A stretch of 64,000 nt of DNA from Candidatus Thorarchaeota archaeon (GTDB lineage Archaea; Asgardarchaeota; Thorarchaeia; Thorarchaeales; Thorarchaeaceae). The notes under the pieces are model-generated. The model was not told where the DNA came from and did no database searches. It saw only the letters and a program-made list of their open reading frames with translations. Positions 52,357 to 62,599 of the stretch are shown here, one piece after another (the first letter of the stretch is position 1; each line of letters begins with the position of its first letter). The stretch is from assembly GCA_003345545.1 (NCBI GenBank), contig PRDH01000081.1, positions 32,001-96,000 on the forward strand. Reading direction: 5' to 3'. A program made the position numbers and the translations under genes.

Positions 52357-53379
52357 TTGTCCATGATGAGAATACCTCAACTGGTCTTTCTACTCATGAT
52401 GAATCGGATTGACGGGGTATCAAGAATTGAGATACCTACACCGTTTCCTGTTGGCAACGTCAATTGTTACTTGATAGAAGGCTCACCCCTTACTCTGATT
52501 GATACCGGTCCAAAGACCTCCAAGGGTCTAGAAGCAATGCAGAGAGAACTTCATGCATTGTCCTACGATTTGTCTGAGATTGAACAGATTCTCCTGACAC
52601 ACAATCACATGGATCACATTGGGCTAGTGGCACAATTCGTTAGAGAACGGGTGCGCATTGACGGCAGTCCTCCAGAGGTATGGATTCATCAAAGGGATGC
52701 TGAGGCTCTTCTCAATTATGAGCGATACATGGAGCTCTACTTGGCGTCTGTTGTGAAGCTAATCGGGGCGTCCGGTGTCCCAAAGAATGAGGCACTGAAG
52801 TTTGCACGAGGTCGCACAGAGTTTTTCAAGTCAATGGGCGGTTCTGTTCCAGCAGTTCGCTGTTTCGAAGATAAGGCATCTTTCAAAACTGGCATTGGCA
52901 AACTTTCTGTGGTCTGGGTTCCAGGTCACTCTCCCGGGTCAACATGCTTTGTATGTGATAAACAACGGGTTATCTTTAGCGGAGACCATGTCTTGGGAGA
53001 TATCAGTTCAAACCCAAGCATATCGTTTGACAGATCTGAAGGAATAGGTATGGTAACCTACCTTGCGTCTTTGAATCGAATCTCACCCAGAGGAAGTTAC
53101 GTTGCGCTCCCGGGTCATAGAGAGCCAATACTTGACCTTGCATCTAGGATTGAAGTGCTGCGTGCTGATTATGACGACAAACTCCGGAGGGCTGCGGGTT
53201 TATTGACAAGCAGTCCTCTGACGGTCTATGAGATATCAAGAATGATCTATGGCGATTATGATATGAATTCGCTTATTTTGGCTGTCGCTGAGAGCTATGA
53301 CCTTGTTAGAATCTTAGAAAGTAGGAATCAAGCGAAATCAACTAGTCATAATGGTGTCATCCACGTTGTCAAACATTGA
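52357..53379 (+). CDS. MBL-fold metallo-hydrolase
   Basis: THNHMDH, PGHSPG, SGDH and LPGH motifs. Confidence 0.92.
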   Translation: MSMMRIPQLVFLLMMNRIDGVSRIEIPTPFPVGNVNCYLIEGSPLTLIDTGPKTSKGLEAMQRELHALSYDLSEIEQILLTHNHMDHIGLVAQFVRERVRIDGSPPEVWIHQRDAEALLNYERYMELYLASVVKLIGASGVPKNEALKFARGRTEFFKSMGGSVPAVRCFEDKASFKTGIGKLSVVWVPGHSPGSTCFVCDKQRVIFSGDHVLGDISSNPSISFDRSEGIGMVTYLASLNRISPRGSYVALPGHREPILDLASRIEVLRADYDDKLRRAAGLLTSSPLTVYEISRMIYGDYDMNSLILAVAESYDLVRILESRNQAKSTSHNGVIHVVKH

Positions 53380-53437
53380 CAAGTGAGAAGTCCAAAAGCA
53401 GCTCGGCAGTGGCCAACAGATTCCCGCTCGATAGGCA

Positions 53438-55849
53438 CTAACGCATCGACTTCTGAAATCTTCCAATGATTTCATCTTGAATTGCTTTTCCTAAGTCCAC
53501 ATAATATGCACTGTAACCTGCAACTCTAACGACCAGGTTCCTGTATGAGCTGGGATTTGCCTGTGCGTCACGAAGAGTTTCCGGGTCGATCAGATTGAAT
53601 TGTATATGCATGCCACCAAGCTCTACGTAGGACTTCAGTAGGGATACGAGGGACTCCAAACCATCATCTCCTGCTATGTAGCTGGGATCCAAAGAGAGCG
53701 TGAAGGCCATTCCGTTAGGATAGAGTGTATAATCAATACTTGTGACTGAACGAAGGACTGCAGTCAGACCATTGGCGGGGGCTGAAACCACAGGCGAAGC
53801 CCCATTACTCAAGGGGGTTGACGGTAGTCTTCCACTAGGCAGAGCGCCGGTGAATAGACCAAAGGGTATGTGTGTAGTCACTGAGTACATACCAGCGATA
53901 AAAGACCCACCTCTGATGTTCTTGTGTTTCTCTACTTCCTCGCTATATATACCTGCCACGAGTTGGGCATAGTCATCTACGAATCTTTCGTCATTGCCGT
54001 ACTTTGGAGCTTTGTTCAGCAGTAGTTGTCTTAGCGGCTCATCATCTTCAAATCCACCTCTCAGAGCGGTGATGAGTTCGCTCATGCTCGATTTCTTCTC
54101 CTTGAATACAATCTGGTCTATTGCTGCAAGGGAATCTGCAACATCAGCAATACCAACTCCCTGAACTCCAGTGAAGTTGTACCTTGCCGAACCTGTCGTT
54201 ATATCTCGACCAATCTCAAAGCAGTCCTCTACACAAAGTGAGAGTAATGGTGTTGGCATCATTTCTATATTCAATTGCTCGAAAGATGCAGAGCCCTCCG
54301 CCATGAGTCCTACCAAGTATGAAACCTGTTTTCGAAATGCCTGAATAACATCATCCATTGACTGGAACTGCAAAGGGTCACCCGTCTTTAGACCAAGTTC
54401 TGCTCCTAATAGTAGGCTTTTGCCGTCATTCAATGCGAGCTCCAAACACATGGCGAGGTTGAAAAGCGCGGCATCCGATGAAGTGAAGCTATTTCCAAAT
54501 GGGGCCAGTTCGACACATCCAACAGTTGCGTAGTTTCTTGCCTCCTTTGTAGGGATTCCCTGTCGTTCCCATGATTTGACAATCGTTTCATCGTTGAAGA
54601 CTGCTATATTATTCGAACCCGACGCAACAATTGCTGCAATCTCTTTCAAGAGTCGTGATGGACTATTTCGATGAATCCGAACATGGACATTTGGCAGGGG
54701 GAGCCCCACATCCTTTGTTGCTTCTAAAATCAGGTACGTCATGTCATTTGTTGTGTCAATTCCTTCTCTATCGAAGCCACCAATCGTCGCTGCTTGGGTA
54801 GTCAGTAACCCCTCAAAGTACAATCCAGAAAAGCTGTCATAGACTGGGACATGCTCGTTTGTCTTTATCCACAACATCTCTAGAAGTTCTAGTGCTTCCT
54901 CCCTTGTCAGTTTGCCCGATTTGATATCATTCTCATAGAATGGCTGTAGGTATTGATCAATTCGTCCCATTGAGATGGCTTGACCATCATAGGCCTCAAT
55001 ACTGAGAGCGAGATGAGTGAACCTAATGAACTGAATGGCCTCATGGAAATTCCTTGGCGGTCTGGCAGGAACCCATTGACATATCTCAGCAATCCTCTCA
55101 AGCTCTTCCTTTCTCTGGATGTCTTTTTCACCCTTCGCCATCATCGCTGCTTTTTTGGAATAGCGATGCGCGAATTGGATTATTGCATCAGCCACTGTCT
55201 TGGTTGCCTTATAGAAGTGGGTCTTGTTAAGATGCTCTTGGCCTGTTTTCGAACTGTGTTCGCCAATTCGTTTCTCAGCCATCTTGCTGAGTCTATCAAA
55301 GCCTATAGAAAAGAGCATAGGGTAGTTTATGCTTAAATGTCCGAATCCCGCCACTTCTGTGAGAAGAAACACAGAACCAGTGTACAACGTTTCCATTATC
55401 TTCTCAGGAGTCCTTTTTTCAGCCTGTGCCAACATGGACCTTTCCGCCCAATATGACGCAATATCATCCTGCACAGTCTTGATGTCTTCAGGCGTGACTT
55501 CTATCACTCGGCAATCTCGTGTCTTTAATCCTTCAAGCTCAGGAATTATTCGAGATCCGTGAGCCTCTGGATAAATCATAGCACCGCGAATCTTGTCTGC
55601 AATAGTCCCAACAACAAGTTCCTCGGGGAATATTCTCACAGAAATGTGTTCTAGCAGGTATGCCAGAGCTTTTGCTTGTCGGAGTATCTGTGGCTCCCCT
55701 TCAGTCGTCTTCATGGACTCGGTATACAATCTGGTCCTCTCGATACATAGATGTGTCGCAGACTCCAGAATACGACTCCGCATTGCCTGGCTCTTCGAAA
55801 GCATCGTTTTCACTGCTGATTCTATGCATACTCTGTCCATATATCTCAT
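53438..55849 (-). CDS. Glycyl radical enzyme (PFL2/glycerol dehydratase-like)
   Basis: GCVE Cys loop and C-terminal RVAGYS glycyl radical motif. Confidence 0.93.
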   Translation of the reverse strand: MRYMDRVCIESAVKTMLSKSQAMRSRILESATHLCIERTRLYTESMKTTEGEPQILRQAKALAYLLEHISVRIFPEELVVGTIADKIRGAMIYPEAHGSRIIPELEGLKTRDCRVIEVTPEDIKTVQDDIASYWAERSMLAQAEKRTPEKIMETLYTGSVFLLTEVAGFGHLSINYPMLFSIGFDRLSKMAEKRIGEHSSKTGQEHLNKTHFYKATKTVADAIIQFAHRYSKKAAMMAKGEKDIQRKEELERIAEICQWVPARPPRNFHEAIQFIRFTHLALSIEAYDGQAISMGRIDQYLQPFYENDIKSGKLTREEALELLEMLWIKTNEHVPVYDSFSGLYFEGLLTTQAATIGGFDREGIDTTNDMTYLILEATKDVGLPLPNVHVRIHRNSPSRLLKEIAAIVASGSNNIAVFNDETIVKSWERQGIPTKEARNYATVGCVELAPFGNSFTSSDAALFNLAMCLELALNDGKSLLLGAELGLKTGDPLQFQSMDDVIQAFRKQVSYLVGLMAEGSASFEQLNIEMMPTPLLSLCVEDCFEIGRDITTGSARYNFTGVQGVGIADVADSLAAIDQIVFKEKKSSMSELITALRGGFEDDEPLRQLLLNKAPKYGNDERFVDDYAQLVAGIYSEEVEKHKNIRGGSFIAGMYSVTTHIPFGLFTGALPSGRLPSTPLSNGASPVVSAPANGLTAVLRSVTSIDYTLYPNGMAFTLSLDPSYIAGDDGLESLVSLLKSYVELGGMHIQFNLIDPETLRDAQANPSSYRNLVVRVAGYSAYYVDLGKAIQDEIIGRFQKSMR

Positions 55850-55911
55850 GCTCTCTACCAGAACATAGAAACGCGATGCAATGGTCAGGTTGACCCGAGA
55901 TTATAATGTAG

Positions 55912-57756
55912 TTAACTGGGCTCCTTCCCACGCAGTTTGAGCAATGATTTAGCGAAACGCGGTCTTACAAGTCTATCTAGAATCTGCATTGAGGGTATTG
56001 CCGCTACTAATGCAAAAGCCCCTATTCCAGCTTCAACTGGGAAAACATAACCAAAGTACTCAAACACTCCACTGAAGATGACATAGAGCACAGCAATGAC
56101 CACGAGCAGTGGTAGCCACAGTACAACAGCAGCTCTGAATTGAAATCGATAGCGAAACGCAGAGAGTGCAATGATGAAACAGATGCCCGTGAGCACTGCT
56201 GGTAGAAACCAGCCTCCTAGCAAGAAGCTCTCGCCGTATAGCTCAATGAATCCCAATACAGAGAGACCTGTTCGTCCTTGAATTGTAAAGAATGGTAGAA
56301 TGAAGCCTGCACCAAGTGCGAAGACTCCAATCATATAGGGAATCTCCCGGATGAGATGAATCCTCCGAGGGTGCCATATGTTGAAATGGAGAAGGAGCAA
56401 TATTCCCAGGCTAGATAGAATGAGCAACGCCGGAAAGAAGATAGAACCTGCGCTTCCTACGAAAATCCTCGATGATATCTGAATCGAGTCCTCTTGCATG
56501 ATGACTATAAAGAAGAGGACCTTTCCATTTGCAAGCGGTACTATCTCTCCTGTGTAATACTTGAAGAGAGCTCCACTTCCGGGCTCCAACTCAGTGGAGA
56601 ACCATACGGCCCCCGGTTCACTTGATCTCCAGCACAGGAAGACACTATCCGCATTCTCTACCTCTGCTATGACTTTGATTGTGCTTCCCTGAAGCGTTAT
56701 CTCGTTGTTGTACAAGACTTCGTATGATGGAATGGGTGCGCCATCTCTGAATTTACAGTCAATCCACCTGACGATGTTATGACTCCATTGAGGATTGACT
56801 CCGTGGCCCCAGTTTGGAACGATGTTCAGGGTAAGTTCAGCATCTATTGACTCGATAGTGTCCATCATTGACGTAATCGGAAAGAACGGGTCATTAGTGC
56901 CAATTATCATGAAAACAGGGTCAGTCAGCAGTCTCGTATATGCAAGAGGGTCAAACCACCTTATTATATTGGTCATTTCCACGGATCCAATTTGATATGT
57001 GGGCACTACTATACTATTGAGCAGAGACCCTGAAGTCAATGAGTTGAGGAGATTCCCTCCAGCAATCATCGGGACTGACCCATCAACACGCGTATCAATC
57101 CCCGAGAGGATGAATGTAGCCAGCGCTCCCATTGAGTTGCCTGCAACAACCATGGCATCAGTTCGTACCTGAGGTACTATTTCAAGGAGTGTCAACGCTC
57201 GGGACGCAGCCCAGACAGAGTGATAGAGGCTAGAATCCTGAGGCCCATTTGTCACGCTCAAAAAAGTGAATGAATTGAGAGCTGGATATCCTGTGGAGCT
57301 GCCCGACCCTGGTTGATCAATTCCCATGACTACAAACCCTGCCGCGGCTAACTCCCTCAGCATCTGCATGAACTCTGCATATTGCTCACCAAAACCATGA
57401 AGGTACAGAATTGCAGGTGTCGGCGTCGTGAGATTCTGTCTCATGAGAATAATGGAGTTTATTCTTACGGCTTCGCCATTGAACATTTCACTCATGTAAT
57501 CAAAGTACCACTCGTGAACAGAAACTGTCGCATTTTGATACTCAACATCAGAAGTAGTGATCGAATGATTCTTCACATCAAGAGGTGATACAAGCGCGTC
57601 AGTGATGTTCCAAAAACTGGTATCAAAGTCGTCTTCCGAGGGGGGAGCCGCAGTTCTCATAGGAAAGTTCAAGCCTGCGAAGAATAGCATAGCTGTGATA
57701 CTGCCCATGAACAGGACCATCACAGCAACTGCAGCAACTGATACTCCCGTTTCCAT
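55912..57756 (-). CDS. Membrane-anchored alpha/beta hydrolase
   Basis: LHGFG, GNSMG, GTND and WGH triad-like motifs; C-terminal TMs. Confidence 0.82.
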   Translation of the reverse strand: METGVSVAAVAVMVLFMGSITAMLFFAGLNFPMRTAAPPSEDDFDTSFWNITDALVSPLDVKNHSITTSDVEYQNATVSVHEWYFDYMSEMFNGEAVRINSIILMRQNLTTPTPAILYLHGFGEQYAEFMQMLRELAAAGFVVMGIDQPGSGSSTGYPALNSFTFLSVTNGPQDSSLYHSVWAASRALTLLEIVPQVRTDAMVVAGNSMGALATFILSGIDTRVDGSVPMIAGGNLLNSLTSGSLLNSIVVPTYQIGSVEMTNIIRWFDPLAYTRLLTDPVFMIIGTNDPFFPITSMMDTIESIDAELTLNIVPNWGHGVNPQWSHNIVRWIDCKFRDGAPIPSYEVLYNNEITLQGSTIKVIAEVENADSVFLCWRSSEPGAVWFSTELEPGSGALFKYYTGEIVPLANGKVLFFIVIMQEDSIQISSRIFVGSAGSIFFPALLILSSLGILLLLHFNIWHPRRIHLIREIPYMIGVFALGAGFILPFFTIQGRTGLSVLGFIELYGESFLLGGWFLPAVLTGICFIIALSAFRYRFQFRAAVVLWLPLLVVIAVLYVIFSGVFEYFGYVFPVEAGIGAFALVAAIPSMQILDRLVRPRFAKSLLKLRGKEPS

Positions 57757-57950
57757 CGATATATCACAGCTCTGTGCGGTGGACCGCGAGTTCTTCGATC
57801 TTGGTCATTCTCTGACTTGCCCTCTGAAGGAATTTGACGTTTAAGAATTCCCTGATTTCTTTTTAGCTATCGGTATCAGCAATCGTGTGAGAGAACTTCA
57901 GCGGCTCTTTAAAAGGCAACGCACAATAGCAGTTGTCGGTGAAAAGTCAA

Positions 57951-58130
57951 ATGCCTGACAATAAGGAACTCGTCTACAAAGCGTTCACAAAATCCACAAA
58001 ACCCCTCAAGGCTGGAGAGGTGGCAGATATCACAGGTATTGAAAAGGCTGAGGTCGCTAAGATCATCAAGACGCTGCAAAAAGAGGGAAAACTGGTTTCT
58101 CCCAAGAACTGCTACTATGCACCCTCCTGA
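57951..58130 (+). CDS. Small winged-helix protein
   Basis: PLKAGEVADITGIEKAEVAKIIKTLQKEG...SPKNCYY. Confidence 0.8.
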   Translation: MPDNKELVYKAFTKSTKPLKAGEVADITGIEKAEVAKIIKTLQKEGKLVSPKNCYYAPS

Positions 58131-58192
58131 AACCTGACCCAAGTCGTTGTGACACAAGGAAGTGCAGATAGCGGAAGTCTTTTGTGGAGACG

Positions 58193-58350
58193 TTCACTAT
58201 AGTTAACTTGTCCAGGCAGGTGGGTACGCAAGGGACACATAACATTCGTGTACTGAGCTCATCGCTCAAAACGGCGAAAGAACGATGGGTGATTAAGACA
58301 TTACGGGAATGGGTCGAACAAGTGTCTTAGGCTTACGGCCCGCTTGGACA
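58193..58350 (+). ncRNA. Unidentified structured RNA candidate, copy A (with upstream operator motif)
   Basis: Diverged direct repeat of 62600-62756; closing stem TGTCCAGGC/GCTTGGACA; compensatory changes. Confidence 0.6.
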
Positions 58351-58414
58351 CCTTATTTTGTGCTGAATCGAAACTCTGAATTTGTTATTGTGACTGAAGT
58401 GACCATAGTGATGG

Positions 58415-59332
58415 ATGTTCCTTCTTAATGAAACTCATAGTGAGGATGGCAACGTAGTGGAAATAGTGAAGTGGGATGGTAGGCGAGAGCAGTTCGACCT
58501 GGACAAATTGCGACATAGCATACTCCGGCTAGGGGCACCTCTGGAGCTTGCCAAGAGTGTTTCAGAACAAATAGAGAGAGAAGCTTACTCTGGTATGACC
58601 TCCAAAGAGATCTTTGATTTGGTCACTGCCAAGCTGAGGACGCATGAACCCGCCATCTCTCTTCGAGAGGACCTAAAGACTGGACTTGCAAGAATGAAGG
58701 GCGGGTCCGAATTCGAGGAGTACGTTCGCCTTATCTTTCGAGCTCATGGATATAGTGTGAAGGGCAATACAGTAGTTCAAGGTCGATGCGTGACGCATGA
58801 AATAGATGGAATTGCTGAGCGAGATGATGAATGTATCTACCTTGAGATCAAGCATCATTCAAGCCCTCACAGCTACACTCCTTTTGATGTCACTTTGGCG
58901 GCCAAGGCAAAATGGGATGACCTACAGTCAGGACACGAATCGGGTTCCACGAGCTATTGTTTCAATCGTGTTCTTGTTGTCAGTAACACCAGATTGAGTG
59001 CGCATGCGCGTCAGTATGCAGAATGCGTAGGTATTGGTCATTTGGGGTGGAATACACCGCCTGGTCGTGGTCTAGATTGCATGATTGAAGAGAAGGGTCT
59101 CTATCCAATCACTGTTCTGAAGGCTCTGCATGAGGAAGAACGAGATATCCTATCGGGGAATGGAATCCTGACACTCCAGCAACTTGAAGCGGCCACAACA
59201 GGAGTAGATGGCATTCAGGAATCACGTTTCAATGAGTTGAAAGATCAAGCGGCCAAAATCATGAAGACACGTCTGCAAGAGAACTGTGACTCTGTGCGTC
59301 AAGACCTGGCAGATACTAAAGGTCGCAAATAG
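58415..59332 (+). CDS. ATP-cone domain fused to a PD-(D/E)XK (Mrr-like) nuclease domain
   Basis: IVKWDGRREQFDLDKL ATP cone; FEEYV...HEIDG...LEIKHH. Confidence 0.85.
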   Translation: MFLLNETHSEDGNVVEIVKWDGRREQFDLDKLRHSILRLGAPLELAKSVSEQIEREAYSGMTSKEIFDLVTAKLRTHEPAISLREDLKTGLARMKGGSEFEEYVRLIFRAHGYSVKGNTVVQGRCVTHEIDGIAERDDECIYLEIKHHSSPHSYTPFDVTLAAKAKWDDLQSGHESGSTSYCFNRVLVVSNTRLSAHARQYAECVGIGHLGWNTPPGRGLDCMIEEKGLYPITVLKALHEEERDILSGNGILTLQQLEAATTGVDGIQESRFNELKDQAAKIMKTRLQENCDSVRQDLADTKGRK

Positions 59333-59452
59333 CACAAAAGGCCTCCACTGATTATTCCTTGGAACAACTCCGATTGCATCCTTGAGCACCAGCCGACATC
59401 CCCTTTCGCAAGACTCATATTGAAACGAATCATATTAACAATAGTGAATACT

Positions 59453-59698
59453 ATGAAGACGATGTCCAAGCAGACAAAGCTCACTTCAGAGAAAATCATG
59501 GAGAAGGCCAAGGAGTACTTCGTTGGCAGGTTTGGATTCAGGATTGTTGAAGAAACAGCCAATTGTTGTGTGGCTTTCGAAAACAATCTTGGTTTTGTCA
59601 ATGTACAAGTCCTGAACAAGGGTGACTGCCGAGAAATAACGCTGACCACCAGAGAATGGGAATATCAGATTGGAGAATTCCTTGGGAAGCTGAAGTAG
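59453..59698 (+). CDS. Hypothetical protein
   Basis: ORF ending TREWEYQIGEFL; start re-set downstream of the operator motif. Confidence 0.7.
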   Translation: MKTMSKQTKLTSEKIMEKAKEYFVGRFGFRIVEETANCCVAFENNLGFVNVQVLNKGDCREITLTTREWEYQIGEFLGKLK

Positions 59699-59739
59699 AG
59701 AATCACTAGTGTACTGTCCACATGATTACTAAATAAGAG

Positions 59740-59997
59740 GTGAAAGGAATGGAAGAGAGAGTCGAGGGCATTATTGTGGCATCAGTGGTAGAGCCAATTA
59801 GCGACACTGACATGAAGGCTGGCTTCATAACAGTCAAAACATCTGAAGATGACTACGTGAAGTTGGAGGTCGGCAGCTACACTACCTTTGCCACTCTGGA
59901 GGAAGGAGAGAAAGTATTGGTTCAGGCGGAAACGCTGGGATCCACAGGAGTGATATACGCCAAGAGTGTGATTCTCAGCGAACGTTCCGCTAAATGA
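59740..59997 (+). CDS. Hypothetical protein (possible OB fold)
   Basis: 85-aa beta-rich ORF with gaggtga SD-like sequence. Confidence 0.6.
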   Translation: MKGMEERVEGIIVASVVEPISDTDMKAGFITVKTSEDDYVKLEVGSYTTFATLEEGEKVLVQAETLGSTGVIYAKSVILSERSAK

Positions 59998-60021
59998 GTG
60001 ACCCCATTGTTTTTACTACGA

Positions 60022-61653
60022 CTAGGTTTCCTCCATATATCGATATACGAACTGCCGTGGGGAGATGAAATTCTCCTTGATGGTCCTCGGTGAAACCCAC
60101 CGCAGGAGGTTGATTCTACTACCCGCTTTGTCATTCGTCCCTGAAGCTCGAGCTCCACCAAAGGGCTGACGGCCGACCACTGCTCCCGTAGGCTTGTCAT
60201 TGATGTAGAAATTGCCAGCAGCGTTTTCAAGTATGTTCGTGGCAAGTAGTATTGCCTCTCTGTCCTTGGCAAAGATTGAACCAGTAAGAGCATATGGTGA
60301 GGTCTCGTCACAGAGATGCAAGGTCTTCTCATATTCCCTATCGGGGTAGACAAAGACTGTCAGAACAGGTCCAAAGATCTCATCTTCCAGCATCTTGGAC
60401 CTTGGATTCGTGGAGAGAACGATTGTGGGCTCTATGAAATAGCCTACCAAGTCATTGTAGGTCCCCCCTGCTAGGATCTCCAAGTCTGGCGATTCTCTTG
60501 CATACTCAATGTACCTGACTATCTTGTCGAATGCTTCCTTATCGATTATCGCATTGACCAGAGTTGTAAAGTCCTCGACATCACCCACACGGATTCTCTT
60601 GAGTGACTCGAGTAGCTTCTTTCTGACATGTGGCCAGATTGATTTAGGAATATACGTTCGAGAAGCTGCAGAGCACTTCTGACCTTGGTATTCAAAGGCG
60701 CCACGGACCAATGCCGTTACGAGAGCATCTACATCTGCAGACTTGTGGGCGACTACAAATCCCTTGCCGCCTGTTTCCCCAATGAGTCGAGGGTATGTTC
60801 TATATGTGTGAATATTCCCGGCGACTTGCTTCCACATCTCTCTGAAGGTTGCTGTACTGCCTGTGAAATGGACGCCTGCCAATGCCGGATGGTTCAGTAC
60901 TGGGTCTCCTACTTCTTGGCCTTTGCCCGGAACGAAGTTGATGACACCTGGGGGAATTCCGGCTTCCATCAGTACTCTCATCACGTGGTATGCCACATAG
61001 ACAGCTGTTGAGGCTGGTTTCCAGACCACGACATTTCCCATCATGGCCGGCGCAGTTGGAAGGTTGCCCATGATGCTGACAAAGTTGAATGGAGTCACAG
61101 CAAAGACAAAGCCTTCAAGAGGCCTGTACTCCATCCTATTCCATTCGTCAGCTCCAGAAGCAACCTGTGTTTCATAGATCTCTTGTGCGTAGTATGCATT
61201 GAAACGCAGAAAATCAACAAGCTCATTTGCAGTATCTATCTCCGCCTGGTAGACATTCTTGCTCAGGCCGAGCATACTAGCCGCATTCAACATCAGCCGG
61301 CTTGGTCCTGCAAGTTGATTAGCGGCCCTGAGGAAAATTGCCAAACGATCAGGCCAGGAAGTACGAGCCCAAGTCCTCCTCGCTTCTAGAGATGCCTCTA
61401 TGGCCTTCAACACTTCCTCCTCTCCTGCCATGTGATACTCCGCCAAAACATGTTGATGACTGTGCGGCATCACAGACTGTTTCAGTCTTCCAGTCCGTAC
61501 CTCTTCTCCTCCAATGATCAGAGGAATTTCTAGCCTCTTGGATTTGAGTTCCTCGAGTTTCTTCTTGAGTTCTACCCTCTCTTCACTGCCCACAAGATAT
61601 CCCAAGGTTGGTTCGTTGAAGGGCTTTGGAACAACGAAACTTGCATTTTGCAT
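60022..61653 (-). CDS. pruA: L-glutamate gamma-semialdehyde (P5C) dehydrogenase
   Basis: FTGSTATF, GETGGK, AFEYQGQKCSA, NDKPTGAVVG and SGTNDKAG motifs. Confidence 0.95.
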   Translation of the reverse strand: MQNASFVVPKPFNEPTLGYLVGSEERVELKKKLEELKSKRLEIPLIIGGEEVRTGRLKQSVMPHSHQHVLAEYHMAGEEEVLKAIEASLEARRTWARTSWPDRLAIFLRAANQLAGPSRLMLNAASMLGLSKNVYQAEIDTANELVDFLRFNAYYAQEIYETQVASGADEWNRMEYRPLEGFVFAVTPFNFVSIMGNLPTAPAMMGNVVVWKPASTAVYVAYHVMRVLMEAGIPPGVINFVPGKGQEVGDPVLNHPALAGVHFTGSTATFREMWKQVAGNIHTYRTYPRLIGETGGKGFVVAHKSADVDALVTALVRGAFEYQGQKCSAASRTYIPKSIWPHVRKKLLESLKRIRVGDVEDFTTLVNAIIDKEAFDKIVRYIEYARESPDLEILAGGTYNDLVGYFIEPTIVLSTNPRSKMLEDEIFGPVLTVFVYPDREYEKTLHLCDETSPYALTGSIFAKDREAILLATNILENAAGNFYINDKPTGAVVGRQPFGGARASGTNDKAGSRINLLRWVSPRTIKENFISPRQFVYRYMEET

Positions 61654-61792
61654 TCAAATCACCGGTTATTAACTATGGTTAATACATTTATAAAGTCGCA
61701 GATACTCACGAGTTTCTTGAGGCCTACTTCACCCGGACACTACATTGTCCTCTCCAGACATGCAATATCCGGCCAGGCTCTCATGTGATAGC

Positions 61793-62359
61793 TTAGTTCA
61801 GCGATAGAGTTTCCCTGTTGGTAGTCGTGTACGTGTCGTACGCAACTCTGAGTATACTCCTGATCTTCTCAGTATGCCATGATCCTCTCTGCCGATCAAA
61901 GAGCTCATCAGATGCATCAACTGACATGACCTCGCCAATGAAGAGTACATGGTTTCCTACAGGGATCTCATTAACGACCTTGCATTCAAATGATGCAACA
62001 GCCTCTCCTATCGATACAGCGTTGACATTCCACCCACTTCGCTGACTAGTAAGACCAGCTGCTGTAATCTTATCCTTGTGCTGCCTACCGGTATGAGTAC
62101 CTGCCCACACTGTCTGTTTCAGGATATCTGTTGATGGCACATTCACTGTGAATACACCAGCACTTCTGATCATCTGAGATGTGTGCTTGTTCGGTGAGAT
62201 TGAGATTCCAAAGAGTGGAGGCCTCACAGAGAGAGGTGTTGCCCATTCCACAGCTAGTACCTCCGTTGCTCCATTACTGCTATCCGCCACAGTCACTAAG
62301 AAGGTCTGACGTGGTGCTGCAACTCCAGAGAAATGACTTCTACTACACGACTGCCTCAT
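61793..62359 (-). CDS. Flavin reductase-family protein
   Basis: SVRPPL...GVFTVNVP...FECKV...GNHVLFIGEV; start re-set to MRQSC. Confidence 0.88.
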   Translation of the reverse strand: MRQSCSRSHFSGVAAPRQTFLVTVADSSNGATEVLAVEWATPLSVRPPLFGISISPNKHTSQMIRSAGVFTVNVPSTDILKQTVWAGTHTGRQHKDKITAAGLTSQRSGWNVNAVSIGEAVASFECKVVNEIPVGNHVLFIGEVMSVDASDELFDRQRGSWHTEKIRSILRVAYDTYTTTNRETLSLN

Positions 62360-62599
62360 GATATTAACTATAGTGAAATCCTCTATTAAATGATACGATA
62401 GGCACATTCACTGACCGCTCATCGAGCAACATCCGAGAGCCGCATTCGCCGAGCATGGATATGCGATTGGTGACTCCCAGAGCATTCTTGCGTATCGACA
62501 ATTCAATGGAGTTGGCTCTGTGATTCAGCGAAAGATCAAGTTCAGTAAATCAATCCAGTACATCTATTCTGCAGGCATCAGAATGTTTATATTGATTTA

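Noticed and set aside
58209-58350. ncRNA candidate as RNase P, SRP or hammerhead
   Set aside because: Lacks GAGGAAAGTCC (RNase P P4), the SRP helix-8 motif and the CTGATGA...GAAA hammerhead core; only the GGCTTA near the 3' end is RNase-P-like.
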